Of a stretch of DNA of 64,000 bases, positions 51,876 through 64,000 are shown in pieces. The stretch comes from Phoronis australis (taxonomy: Eukaryota > Animalia > Phoronida). The position numbers and the translations under genes are program-made. Location: the NCBI GenBank assembly GCA_002633005.1, contig NMRA01000321.1, positions 182,724 to 246,723 on the forward strand, written 5' to 3'. Positions within the stretch are counted from its first letter, which is position 1, and each line of letters opens with the position of its first letter. The notes under the pieces were generated by a model that was not told the origin of the DNA, searched no databases, and saw only the letters and a list, made by a program, of their open reading frames with translations.

Positions 51876-52956
51876 TACAGACTGAGAATGAGCTACCAGA
51901 TGACACACCGGTTTACCCATTTGCTGTTCTTGTTGTCGTCTGATCACATTATTTAGGAGGGCTAAAATTTACATCAACATGTCGGGTCGTCTGCTCGACA
52001 TTTCGCTTTGTTTTCTGTTATCGCTATCTGAGGTCGCTAAATCACTCTTTTGGGTGGCGAGCAAACGTAATTTGTTGGGAAATAACGTGGCAGGAAAACG
52101 ATACCTGGTACGGAACCGGTAACTTTCTCCTACATAGCGTTCGTCATCAATATGGCAGACCGCGTGTCACGTGCTGTTTGGCTTGCGAGTACAGTCAAGC
52201 CCAACATACATGTATGTATGTAGCTCATTCCTCGCAAGAATCACTGGTAAACGTCTATTGAGGTAATCCTCAATAAAGGGTGGATTTCCGGAACAAAATC
52301 ACTCAAAATGTTGACTTGTTTCCCGGAAAATAGTTGGGTCCCCTTTTCTAGTATATTCTCTAAGTGGGTGGGTATCCAAAAATTCAGCTGCACGCCCGTG
52401 AAAATGCTATCACGTAACCTCCGTCTGTCACGCCAGTCTGATAGAGAAGCCATTTTGCTGAAATCACCACAGAAAAAGCATAAACACTTTGCTCAAGTTG
52501 CTAACGCTCTGCACATTATATTGGCTATGTGAACCTCTTATGTTGACACACAGTGTAATACTATCGCCGTTTTTAACCACGGAAATTTCATTATGATATC
52601 TATGGGAATACAAACTGTTATTGTTTTTCCCAAATCGTTACTTCTCAAACCATAAAACGAGGCAATGAATGAATAACACAGACTGCGAATTGGATAAATG
52701 TAGTAGGCAAGGTTTGAAACTTAGTGAGGTCGGCCATGCCAACTGCTGTTGTGTTAGAAGCGTGGTCATAGAAACATATTGGTCTCCAAAATTTAGTCAA
52801 TACAAGGGCGGATCCAGGGGGGTCTGGACATTGTTTTTAACCAGAGTGGTAAAACACGGGAACATCTTATTTTTAGTGAATTCCTGCAGACTCATTGCAT
52901 TTTTAACTTTCATGATGCCTAGTCTACGCTGGAGGCCAGAACGAGGCTAGATAGTT

Positions 52957-55900
52957 CCCAGTAAACATGAGAGTATTGGCCCAGTACTGGATTTCTGTTG
53001 CTTGATAACGCTTGTACCGTATACCGGTTTACGTTTCTGGGCCACGAATGGCCCAGTACCGTCCCCACGACACTAACCCAGTGAACTTTCCCTTAGCGGC
53101 TCGCCGGTATAGTATTGGACCGGTAAACACAGACTTGAACACAAGAGGACAGTTAGAGGTTTGCCCACAGGAAGGCTAAAACTTTTGACTTTTTTAAAAA
53201 AATCAGATGTGTGACAATAAAAACTTTTCAATTTTCATAAAAAAATTAATTACCAGCAGCTGTATTACAGTGTAATTTTATTTTTTAAAGAAAACTTTCC
53301 ACCAGATGACCTTCATGAAAAAAACCGCCATTTTGAAATTTCCGTTGAAGAACACTTGAGTTGTTTAGAGTTTGAAACCAACGTGTGTAACAGAATAGTG
53401 AAGGATTTTCACAGTGAACTTCAGATTTCAGGTAAGTTTCATATTTTTTCGCTTTGCATGCCATGCCAGTGTCTGTAAGAGTAAACAAAACATGATTTAT
53501 ACCACAGACGTTCTCAGCTTCTGATCGTCGCCAATGGCCAATACAAATTGGGCACACAATATACTACAAGATATGACACTCGGGATTCGCCCATATCAAA
53601 CACAAAACTCAATAAATGTACACAAAACAGGGGTCCAACAAACCACGAGCATAAATAAAAATATTTCCAGGTGATCAGTGCAATGGGCCCACATGCGAGG
53701 CCTGCGCACGTCTGGTACAACGTGTATCAGACCGCCTGCAATTATTTTATATTTATTATAAACCACGAGCAATATATCTTTCTCCTGGTAGTGAACCACC
53801 CGTGGGATTCCTTGTCCCGAGTGTCATACCTTGTGGTATTATATACAGAGGATGAGGACACCTTTGAATTGCTCATGGTTTGCCGAACCCTTGTTTTGTG
53901 TAAATTTATTGAGTTTCGCATTTGATATGGACGGCTGTAGTGACCCAGTGAAGCACACATGAAATTTTTAGTCCTGAGTGTCATACTGTGTGGTATATTT
54001 GTATAGTGTATTGGGTACGATCAGAAGCTGAGGACGTTTGAGTAAAACCACAGGCGTCATCAGCCTCTGAGTCTGACCGCCCCAAATACACTATAATACA
54101 AAAAGGTCGGACACTCGATTTTTGTGTGAAGTGAAGCACTCATGGAATTACTAGTTCCGAGTGTCATGCCTTGTGGTAGGCCTATTATTAACGATGATCA
54201 GAAGTTGAGGATGCCTGTGATTTACAACAGGGGGGGAGGAATTTCCCGATGACCCATAAGTTAACCATATTATAAACATAAAGGTTGGACACTGAAATTT
54301 TGCCAAGCCTAGGCTGCCAGCTTCAACTGTTCTAAATCCAAGTAAAATCTGTGTGCACCTCCCTCAGACTGGTATTGCATAAACAGGGCTATTCCTGACC
54401 ACATTTGAACCAGTGTCCTTTGGGTGCCCCTGATGATAAAAATTATGTCTTTTTCAAAAAGTTGTGTCTGGCAGACTTTGTGTAATTAAGTGGTAACATA
54501 CTGAGTTAGGGATTTTTTGGTTTTAAACAAGGTCATTTTATAAACCCAGAGTTAAAATACATTAAAAGCGAAATTAAATTATGTAAGCGACACTCAACCA
54601 GCATTTCGTGGGCGGACTAAAACAAGAGCTTTGGAATTGCTTCGGCACTGTTTATGAAAAATCCGGATTTGTATGACAGTGATCTGCCATGAACGTCAAA
54701 AAATAACCTTGATGGGCTTCAACATTTTTGTTTGTAAATCACCTCTCGAAGGCAGTTTTAATATGATAAAGTGAAAGAAGGTATTCAAAAAATTGTTTGG
54801 TGTTGATTTCGTTTAGTTCCATGCACATTTGAGTAGAAAATACTAAGCCAACCAATGTTTAAAGTCCAGCCTTTATGTTTTAATATGTAGCCCAGTGAGT
54901 GACCTCATTGGTGATCGAGGAACAGATAAACTGAAAACTGAAGTGTCTGGTTGATATTTGCCAGTTTCACGCCAGCATGACTCTATTTGACTTTTTTAAA
55001 GTATGATAACAAAGAATATTTCTGGCTAAGCAATTGAATGTAGCTCCTGAACATCAGTTTTCATGAAACACCTGCTAGTATAGAAAAATTGAGAACATTG
55101 CGGGGGGGCGGGTTCCTCTTTGATTGAATTTTTTGCTTATTTGCGTAACTCTTTTTAAGGATTTCTTCATAAAATTAGTTAAGTTCAGAGTTTACATAGC
55201 TGATCTAGGAATGAAGTGAACTTGAAAATTTGCTTCTGTAGCCAGTTTCTCCCATGCAAAGTTGCTTTTCTTAAGTTTGAATTCGACCTCCGAAACTGTG
55301 CTGTGGGGCTTTAAAGATGGTTATGAACCTCTATCTATTTTTATATGCCCATTTTACATGTTCTATCTCATTTTAGTTGTTTGAAAACGAAACTCCAAAT
55401 GCCCAAATATCAAAATCCAAAACAATGCAGGCTATTGGTTATATAATGAAACGTAAACAATCCCCGTTTTGTTGCTGTGTTTACTTCTTTGACAACATTG
55501 CTGACCTTGTGCATGCGCGGCATCGTTCAATAGAAGGGGCACTCAGCCTCATCTCCAAGCCTCAAGATGGTGCTGATCAGTTAAGCCATTTGAGGCTTGG
55601 TAATGGGAAATGAAATGTGTCAGAATTTTCACAGAAATTGTCGGAATGTCACAAGTAATTTGGAAATTTTCTGCAGTTTTATATAAAAATAAAACTAATG
55701 GTATATTGTAGCAATTTAGATCTAAATTATTGCAAAAATGATGTATTTTGTTTCAAAAACACATTAATACTATTCATAAATAAGAATTGAAAAATAAGTA
55801 CAACCTTTACTTCAGACAATAACTTAAACAATGCCTTCTGTCGCTTGAATGGCTGCAATGTGAAAATAATTACCATCGGTCTTTGTTCAATGACGTCAAG

Positions 55901-56940
55901 GCATCGGTCAATCATTGTGCAGAAAGTAATTCATATAACCAAGCCTCAAATGGCTAAACCCATAAGCGCCATCTTGAGGCTTGGGGACAAAGTTGAAAAG
56001 GTCACATCAGTGTCAATTGTGTGTAAACACAGAGCAAAACCATCAATTGATGCTCATAAGACTTTTTGTAAGATTGTGAAGTATTTTTTAGGAATTTAAA
56101 AATGGTAAAAAATAGACAATAGACATTTTGGGAAGAAATGGGATGAATAAAAAGTCGTTTCTGAAAATATTTATTACAAGAATCTGAAGTCCTACAACCA
56201 GCTGTAATACTTGTGTTAAGAAAGAGTGAAACATTTATATCTTGCAGATTATACATTGCAAATAAGTTTCTTGTTGGAATGATATGCAGTGTCTTTAGGT
56301 AATTCTTATTATGCATAACTTATCTGGAAAATGTATAGTGGAGTCTTTTAGTTTGTACTCAAAGATACTAAGCAGTTTTTGTTTTATTTCAGGGATTGTG
56401 GTCAAGGAGCACAGTAATGCTAATGCAAGCTTTATAGTAAAAGAGGCACCATGTTCCGAAACGCTGGAGACAGGGAGGGAGCGTGAAGACTGTGTGAAGC
56501 TGCCAGTCCACTAATAAGCCCGAGACAGTTTTGTTAAAAATAATTAGTTTCTTAGTTGTTATTTCTATAATTCATAATTTTTTGTAAGTATTTTACCTGA
56601 GCAGTTACATAGTAATAAAAGTATTAAAGAACAAGAGTCTTTTCTTCTTGTAAGTCACAGCTAGTGTACTGGCTTAATAGGAGCCCATCAATGGCCCTGT
56701 ACTGGGCCAACACAATCTGTCAATACTGGTCCTTTACAGGGCCGAAACGGGTTATTGGTGTACTGGCCCAGTAATGGCGTGGTACTGGTCCTTTACTGGC
56801 TCGATACCGCAATCTTGTATCGGGGCCAATACGGGGAAGGTGTGCAGAATGTTATTGGGCCAGTACTGGCCTACATCATTGGGCCAATACAGAAGACATT
56901 TCAGGGCCAGTATTGGCCCAGTACCTGCATGTTTACTGGG
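52957..56940. mobile_element. Non-autonomous CACTA/EnSpm-like element (~4 kb)
   Basis: Perfect 13-bp TIR CCCAGTAAACATG / CATGTTTACTGGG, TT on both sides, and many subterminal (t)actggccc/ggccagta repeats in both orientations. Confidence 0.75.
53652..53759 (+). mobile_element. 5'-truncated SINE (3' domain only)
   Basis: Near-identical to the reverse complement of 12129-12235; flanked by the 12-bp TSD aaaccacgagca (53640-51, 53760-71). Confidence 0.88.
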
Positions 56941-58651
56941 TTCCGTTGGCTTATTGGCATATATATACTGGTTGTATTCCGCGTTGCTCGAAACGGCTAG
57001 AAACACTACGGACACTCAACTGTCTGTTTTACAATGCCTAAAGACGTTAAGATGCGGAAGCGTACGTTCGGTCCTTGTAATACGCCGCGACGAAGGAAAA
57101 TAGGGCCGTGTAGAATTTATAAATGTTTTCGAAAAGTTAGATCATATTTTGTCGCACCTCGGTTGCCTAGCATCATAGCAACGCCCGGAGAATCTTCGGC
57201 CAGCCATGCTGTGTTCATGACTAGGGGTTGAAGCATGATGCATTTTTTCTTCCCACAAATGACAGGGCCCTCAATTCCTCGATTTTGGAACCGGATATTG
57301 GCCCTATTCCCAACTCAAAAATATTGAAAAATTCCCCGAAATTCCCTCCACGAGGCCTAAAAACTCCCCTAGTGATTGAAAACTTCTCTCTTAAGTTCAA
57401 ATCACCTGTAACCACACAGGTGGCAATTTGAAAAAGCAAAAAATGTTACTCGAGACAGAGGCTGTGAGACCTCGCTCATCGAAAACAAGGGTACAGGCAC
57501 CTTTCCCCTTGGATGAACGAGGCCCCTGAAAAAACATGATAACTTTTCTTACTAACTGAAATTGAGCTGTAAAACGAGGTTATTCTTTGGACGAACGAAT
57601 AAGGTGTTTTGATTTTAAAATTCACTGGTCCAGATTGATAGTTGAAACCTAACATATGAAATAGGATAGCATAATTGATGGTCAAATAATTACTTCAGAC
57701 TGGTAAATGTGTGCAAGAGAGTAAATGAGAACCTGCATATAATGCAAAAGCGATTGCTCGGGATGTCTAGTTTTTGATTTTTTTCAATTTAAAAAATGGT
57801 CAAATCTTTATTTACGAGCCTGGTTGTTATTTTAATAAAAATATATTTAATAACATCAGATATTCTTTCAGATGAATGACAAATCAACTGTTAGTCCCGG
57901 TAGTCTCTACCTCACCAAGACCAAGGCTATGCTTGATGTTAATATTCTTGAACAACAAATTAAACCTGTAATTGCACATAACAGCAAAATGCTGTAAGCC
58001 ACCAATGTCGAATTTATCTTCAACTCGTCAACAATACAAGCAGATGACTTGTAGAAAGCATTTTATCAACTATTTACAAGAAGAAACGTAACCTGCATTC
58101 TGCATAATACCTAATCCGTAACACTAGGATCGCCGTAGTTTGGTCATATTTACTTTTCATGTTTCGAACCTAGTTTTCTGAAAAAAAACTTACATCCTTT
58201 CGTCAGACAACATTTTGATGCATTGACTTGTTCTCTAATGTAATTTTTTACGTCTCTGAGGTTAGTTATCTACACATTTTTAAGATTTAATATCCAAGTA
58301 GGACTCTAAAGACCGGCCATTTAACTCACGCAATGTCAACTTCAGCTATCGCAGTTAGCCTCGCTTTGGATTTTAATGTACGCCGCGTGAATAAGGTCTA
58401 TGGGAATACCTGTTGCGTCGCTGAAGCACGATCGCGTATTACATTACTTTTAAGTCATCTTTTGACTTCAGCGACATCTATACTTCGACATTGTATACCG
58501 TGGGGGAATTTCTGCTGAAGTCAACAATTTCCAACCACGCAACGATTACGCCATTGATGGGGTCATAAAACAAAGACAATGAACACATTATATAAACAGA
58601 AAAAATCTGTATCTAGATACTTCCATTATTTTATTCTCAGTGAAGCCGTAA

Positions 58652-59828
58652 AGGAGAATGCCACCCGATTTAATTAGCCTTTTACCGTCTTAATCGCTCT
58701 GTATCCACATTGCCTCTTATACGGTCCACCACACCTTGCCGAGAGATGTCGCGTAACGTGTGAGGAAGGTGAGAAACGACGCAGCGACGTCGGTGGTTCG
58801 TCTGCAGACTGAATGCCGCTGTATTTCAGTGCATCGTTCCATCTTGTTCGAACTATGAAGCTGCGAAGAAAGTGTGTATACGTGTATCATTTTTTCGACT
58901 TCCTCGAGAGCCTGAAATGCTTAGGAAGTGGCTCGCGGTAGTGAAGAATGAAAGGTATGTTGTCAATAGCAAGTGTGAGGTCGTAAACCATCTCCGTGTC
59001 TGTGGCGGGTATTTCGTCGACAGTGATTTCTCTGACAAATTCCGGCTTACCAAAGAACAATCCATACGTTCAGTTGCCTATGCATGTTCACGGCGCCTCT
59101 CTAGTATTTCTAGATCAGTGTATTCCGGTTCGAACTGATAGCCTGTGAAGCCTAACGATCCGACCCGTGAAGTCTTCGTCGGATGAGCTCTTGACTAAGT
59201 CGGGTTTGGCGCCGGGCGAGTTGCCATGTAAACGTTTATTATTCTGCGTTGTGTGTCAAAATGTATTATTCTCACCCTAAAATGACCCTAACCGATGCTT
59301 ATATGAAACTGAAACAAGACCTGTCTTATTAGATACAAAAATGCCTTGGAGTGCTCGTGAGTGCAAATGTTTTGAGAGGCCAGCAATGAATAAACCACTT
59401 TCCGGCTTTTGACGGGGCACTGAGGCCGTGTGAGCGCATGCTAGAAAACTGTTGTGTAACAATTACTGGATTTTATATGCTATCGTCACATGTTAGGGGA
59501 ATCTTTATTTAGAAATACAAATACATTATTCAGGTCATAGTTACTGTTCAACCTTTGCCCTGACGGTCTGTGGAAGGGAACCCGACGTCGCGGCCCCCAC
59601 AGGCAAGTAAATTTTCAGTTTCGTGGCTAATTCACATAAATAATTACGTGCACATAATTTCTTTTGCTCACTATTATAGTCTTTTCGTGACTGGAGGTTT
59701 AGTTTCCAACTCAAGCTGGTTTATGTCTGTGCCAGTCCCGGCGGCCGCGACGGGCAAGATCGGGTTCCGAGCCACTGGACGGGATAACAAGCGTTTTGTG
59801 TGTTTAGAACCAAAAAATCACAAGTATA
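58652..59828. mobile_element. Non-autonomous Kolobok transposon, copy 3 (inverted, truncated)
   Basis: Starts gtaa|AGGAGAATGCCACCCG and is reverse-colinear with copies 1 and 2. Best-preserved THAP: VSFFRLPREPEMLRKWLAVVK..HLRVCGGYFVDSDF..RL (58872-59075). Confidence 0.85.
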
Positions 59829-61157
59829 AACTAGAAAAATTATTGTCACGGCGTGACAATAATGAACTCTGCGCGTGCGTATTAAAGGCATTGTTATGGG
59901 AAGTTACTGACAGCAACCCGCTTACCAATATGAAAAGGAATTCTATAAAATTATAGGAGTAATTACATGTTAATATTTTGATGATTTTTCCACTAACTGA
60001 CCTCATCCGGTGCACTGTGAACCCCGATGAGGGAATAATTGTAAAACCAATTTAAAGTGTGGTTGATGCTAAGAATCACAGAGGTTTTACTTTAAGCACT
60101 TAAGAATACAACATGAATGAATTGGTCAAACTTTCAGAAGAAAAATGCACCTAATGACCCAGAAATTAGAATTCAAACTCAATCGTATTTAGTAAACAGA
60201 TTTGTAATTTTGAAGTCTCTAACTCAAACTTTTCATTTTGTACTCAATGACCTTTGACCTATTTTTTTCTGATTGGTTAGGCCTATTGCGTAGTGAAGTA
60301 GGTTGTTCAATTGGCATGTTGACTTACACTAGTGTGCTGAAATTGAAAAGAATTCCGTGAAAAACGTAAGATATATAACATTTTGAACGTTAGATGACAT
60401 TTGCACCAATTGACCCTATCCGGTGTATTATAAGCGTTTTTAGGAGAATTATTGCAAAGCCCAATGAGAAATGTGTTTAATGCTGAGAATCACAGTTGTC
60501 TAACGGTTGACACATCAGTATACTTGGAGAATGAAAAGGTCAAATTTTCAGAAGAAAAATGCACATAATGACCCCATGTTTGCACTAAATGACCTGAAAC
60601 TTTGGATTCCAAATTGAATTACCTGTGCCAATCAGACCTATGAATTCTAAGTGTCTAGCTCAAAATTGTAGTTTGCACCTATTGACCTTTGACATGTTTA
60701 ACCTGATTGGATGATCCGATTACTTAGAAAAGTAATTTTTAAATTGCCTTTTTGACTTATACCTGTGTACCTATTTTGTAAAAATAGCTTTTAAAATAAA
60801 GAAGGAGTAGCATTTTGAAAATTACATGACCTTTGCACTAAATGACCTCTTCCGGTGCATTATGGTATATGATTATATAACGAATCAAAATTTATGTTCT
60901 GTCAAAACTCATATGCTGAATTTAGAGACTGTACCTGCACCCAATTTGGAGTTATTAAGCCTCAAAGTTGGTCGGAAAAAGAATAAGAAGAACTAGAAAT
61001 ATTATTGTCACGGCGTGACAATAACGGACTCTGCGCGTGCGTATTACTGGAATTATTATGGGAAGTTACTGACAGCAACCCATTTACCAATATGAAAAGC
61101 ATTTCTTTAAAATTGTAGGAGAAATTACACATTAATTTTGATGACCTTTCCACTTAC
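59829..61157 (+). mobile_element. Helentron/HINE-like element with internal ~420-bp repeats, followed head-to-tail by a second head
   Basis: ~165-bp head (aactagaaa plus palindrome attattgtcacg-g-cgtgacaataat) at 59829 and again at 60991. tgacc..tccggtg units at ~59998, 60411 and 60843; tgacctttgacc motifs; aagaataagaag just before the second head. Confidence 0.55.
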
Positions 61158-64000
61158 TTTCTGCATAGTAATTTTATCGAACTATTATGATACTGCGTGT
61201 CCGATGTTATGTATAGAAGTTGCTCAGGATAGGTGTCCCGTGTCAACGGGTCGTTAACCCACTGCAGGCGTTTCTGAATGAATCTCACTTCCAACTTTGC
61301 GAAAATTCGAAAATGACGAATTTGATGCGGATTATTGTGTAGGTTCTGATGGCTTTTTGACATGTTTAAATGTCCTAAGAACTGTTGAAATCAAGCGCAA
61401 CTAGGTATTTAGGTTATTTCCCTGTGACCTGCTTGAAAATGTCGTTTAGTTTATGTCCAGTTTTGATTAAATTTCGATTATCGCATCTCAGAAATCAGGC
61501 CCGTAGGAAGGCAAAATTATTGGGGGGGGGGGGGNGGCACAAACCATTTCGACGTTGCCAAACACCCCCAACCCCCATCGTCACCCCCTCCGCCACCCTC
61601 CCGTGTTCACCCGATGCCACCATATCTGTACATAATCTCCCACGTCCGCCCTATTGGTAGGGACACAGTGGCGGACTTAGAGGTAGCCCAGGGGCCATGG
61701 CACCCCTAAAATTTTCCAAGATTCTATTTGGCTGTTCGGGTGAGCGAATTTCTGATGGGTAAAACCCTGGCTAATACTCTGCCCTTCCACCCCTCTAACT
61801 CAAAATCCTGAATGCGGTCCTGAGACAATCCCGGGGATGGAGCCATCAAGAGTTGAGTAACCGTGAACCAATTCAGAGAGTAAGAATGGACCTAGGACCA
61901 GTACATTGACCAGTAGCGAGGAACTGCCTCAAGTAGCTACATTGTATAGCTGAGATCTAACAGCTTAAAAATACGAAATTCCTGATGATCTAAACCTAGT
62001 TGCTGGTCAGCACAGGTGTGATTCACTTGAGACAGGCAGCTCGTACCTGGCTGCTCTAAGGTCAAGATTCGTTTTTTTGTGATCCAGTTTCGAGAATTTT
62101 TTTTCATCATGATCATTCTTTGATGGAGTTCCTTGAAAAGACGAGGTCCCGAAGTCCCTTGGGGTTGTTTCAAAATGCTTAGTTGAAACATGACCGGTAG
62201 TCCAATTTCTGGCGCCTGGGGAAAAGGATAGCGTGTCCCAAAAAATGTACATACTTCCTGAACGCCCGGAATTCCCATTCAGTTGCCGTGGATCACTGAG
62301 ATTCTGCGCTGGCCTACTGCAAGGTCACATGATGTTTTTAACATGGTTACGTCAGTCATGGCGTGATAGCAATCAATTCAGTTTTGAAGAACAAAATTTC
62401 ATTACTACTGGAAACAAAAAACACCAAGGAACTGCGAAGACAACTTTTCCAAGAAATGGGTTTAATTTCATTTACTTAAGGATTTTTAAAACCCTTTTTA
62501 TCTACGGTTTGAGAGTCCAAATTTCATCAGTGTCTTTGAGAGTGATTTCAGATATGCAAAAATTGACGGGGATCGAATTATAGAGTTTTTCCAACTTCAG
62601 ACTGCAATTAAATTCACTAAGACATCATCATTTCGAACAAGATCAACTTCTTATTTTCAAAAACCATCTGTGAATCTATCGATTTTTGTAGATTCATGAA
62701 CAAGTAAATCAAAAGCAAACAAATTTGTTTATCAAAACGGAATGTTATAAACAATTTCCGCATACACAGGCCCGTAGGAAGGCTGAAATTAATCTATATT
62801 ATGGTAATGACCACGGATTTAGATTGTCTATATTTATGTAGCGAGCTACGACAATTAGTATAACCAAAAATAGGAATTAGAGCCTGTACTTCGTCTAGCA
62901 AGTAGGTGAGACGAACTCTTTATAGAATATTTTTCTAATTGGATTTGATATGTCTTACAACTTAAAGTTTGTAATGCACCAAGGCCATTCAATGAATGTA
63001 TATTGTGTTCATTGAAATATCTTTAGGCAATCATTAGTTTCATCAGAATGATTAAAATTTGACTTGCGACAATATTACGTAGCGTTTTAAGACACATGTT
63101 CATATTGACCTAATTCAGCATTTAATTCCAAAATTCAATGCGCCAACGCCACGGATATTTTTCAAGTTTGACATGTGTAACAACTAACTACACATGGTTT
63201 CTAGAACGTTCTAATGTTTCAATTTACGTTTAGCAACTGTAAGAGACGAAACTTGATGTAATTGCAGAAATTCAAAATCAGTAATAGAATGGCTGCAGGA
63301 CGGGATTGAACTGGAACCTTCTGGTACAACACTTCTGGGCGGCCGGTGGCACCAGTGGATTATTAATTAAAATGCGTTTGCCTGACTTACTTGAGTGAAT
63401 CTATGTAATATTTCTGATGTTAAAATGTTTAGTGCCGATCATCACGAATTGTTGTGTCGCCTCTCCCTCCCCCCCTCCTTCCCTCCGGAGAGGGTTCCGC
63501 ACGAGACAAATCTTCCTCCATCCTAGCTACATGTACGCCCCTCAGGATGTACTCAGAAGTCCGTGCCCTGACTGTTGCTTACTTCTGTATGCATTATGTT
63601 GTACATTGCTCCTTGCTAGTTCAAAGGCTTAGTTTCCCCCCTCATATTTACCGTCAGTCTTAATGAACTTGTACGTAATACAATAGACACTGTATACTGT
63701 TCGTCTTCTTCATATTTTCTAAACTTAGAATATGTACATGTAATGCTTGTGTAAAAATGTTGCACCTCCAATTTGGTTGATATGAATTCTGATGAGGCTG
63801 ATCATCGTTCACATATATCAGTCTGATTATCGTTTACATCATTATTCTTAGGATCATTTTGGTCAGTGACAAGAATTCGTATAAATTACTAGGGCCGATG
63901 AAAAAACTTATATCTTATATTACACCATTCGTTAATATTAATTCTTATCAACATGTTATAACATGTCATACCATTCGTAGAAATAGTCGAAACTAAACTA

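Noticed and set aside
61937-62583. Overlapping ORFs of 81-116 aa
   Set aside because: No motif recognised in any frame.
63290-63360. B-box-like gttcaatccc on the minus strand as a tRNA or SINE
   Set aside because: Too degenerate; no clear A-box, tail or TSD.
63781-63881. TGATGA with terminal stems as a C/D snoRNA, SECIS or hammerhead
   Set aside because: No terminal CTGA box D, the loop is too long for a SECIS, there is no GAAA, and part of it is a 25-bp tandem duplication.

Overview
AT-rich, intron-containing animal DNA, probably from a marine invertebrate (inferred from the repeat landscape). Only one host gene is clear: a spliced fibrinogen-domain (FReD; FIBCD1/ficolin/tachylectin-5-like) lectin on the + strand, with four phase-compatible exons at 13869-24226. 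Its 5' exons were not identified. The rest is mostly transposons: an irritans-like mariner; three copies of a non-autonomous Kolobok (TTAA TSD, THAP and KolX remnants); an Academ-like element holding a THAP/YqaJ element and a Kolobok (three-level nesting); CACTA/EnSpm-like, Harbinger-like and Helentron-like elements; a tRNA-SINE family; a decayed LINE whose ORF2 starts with a 2A ribosome-skipping motif; and a 5'-truncated but uninterrupted Penelope-like (Naiad-like) RT/GIY-YIG ORF followed by a U3-A8 variant hammerhead ribozyme. The most striking unexplained signal is the palindrome TACATGTA, about 38 copies by eye versus about 2 expected. Paralogue comparisons inside the window show it arising by clean TA to TACATGTA 6-bp insertions, which points to a pervasive micro-insertion or excision-footprint process. 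All family assignments come from motif recognition by eye, not database searches.
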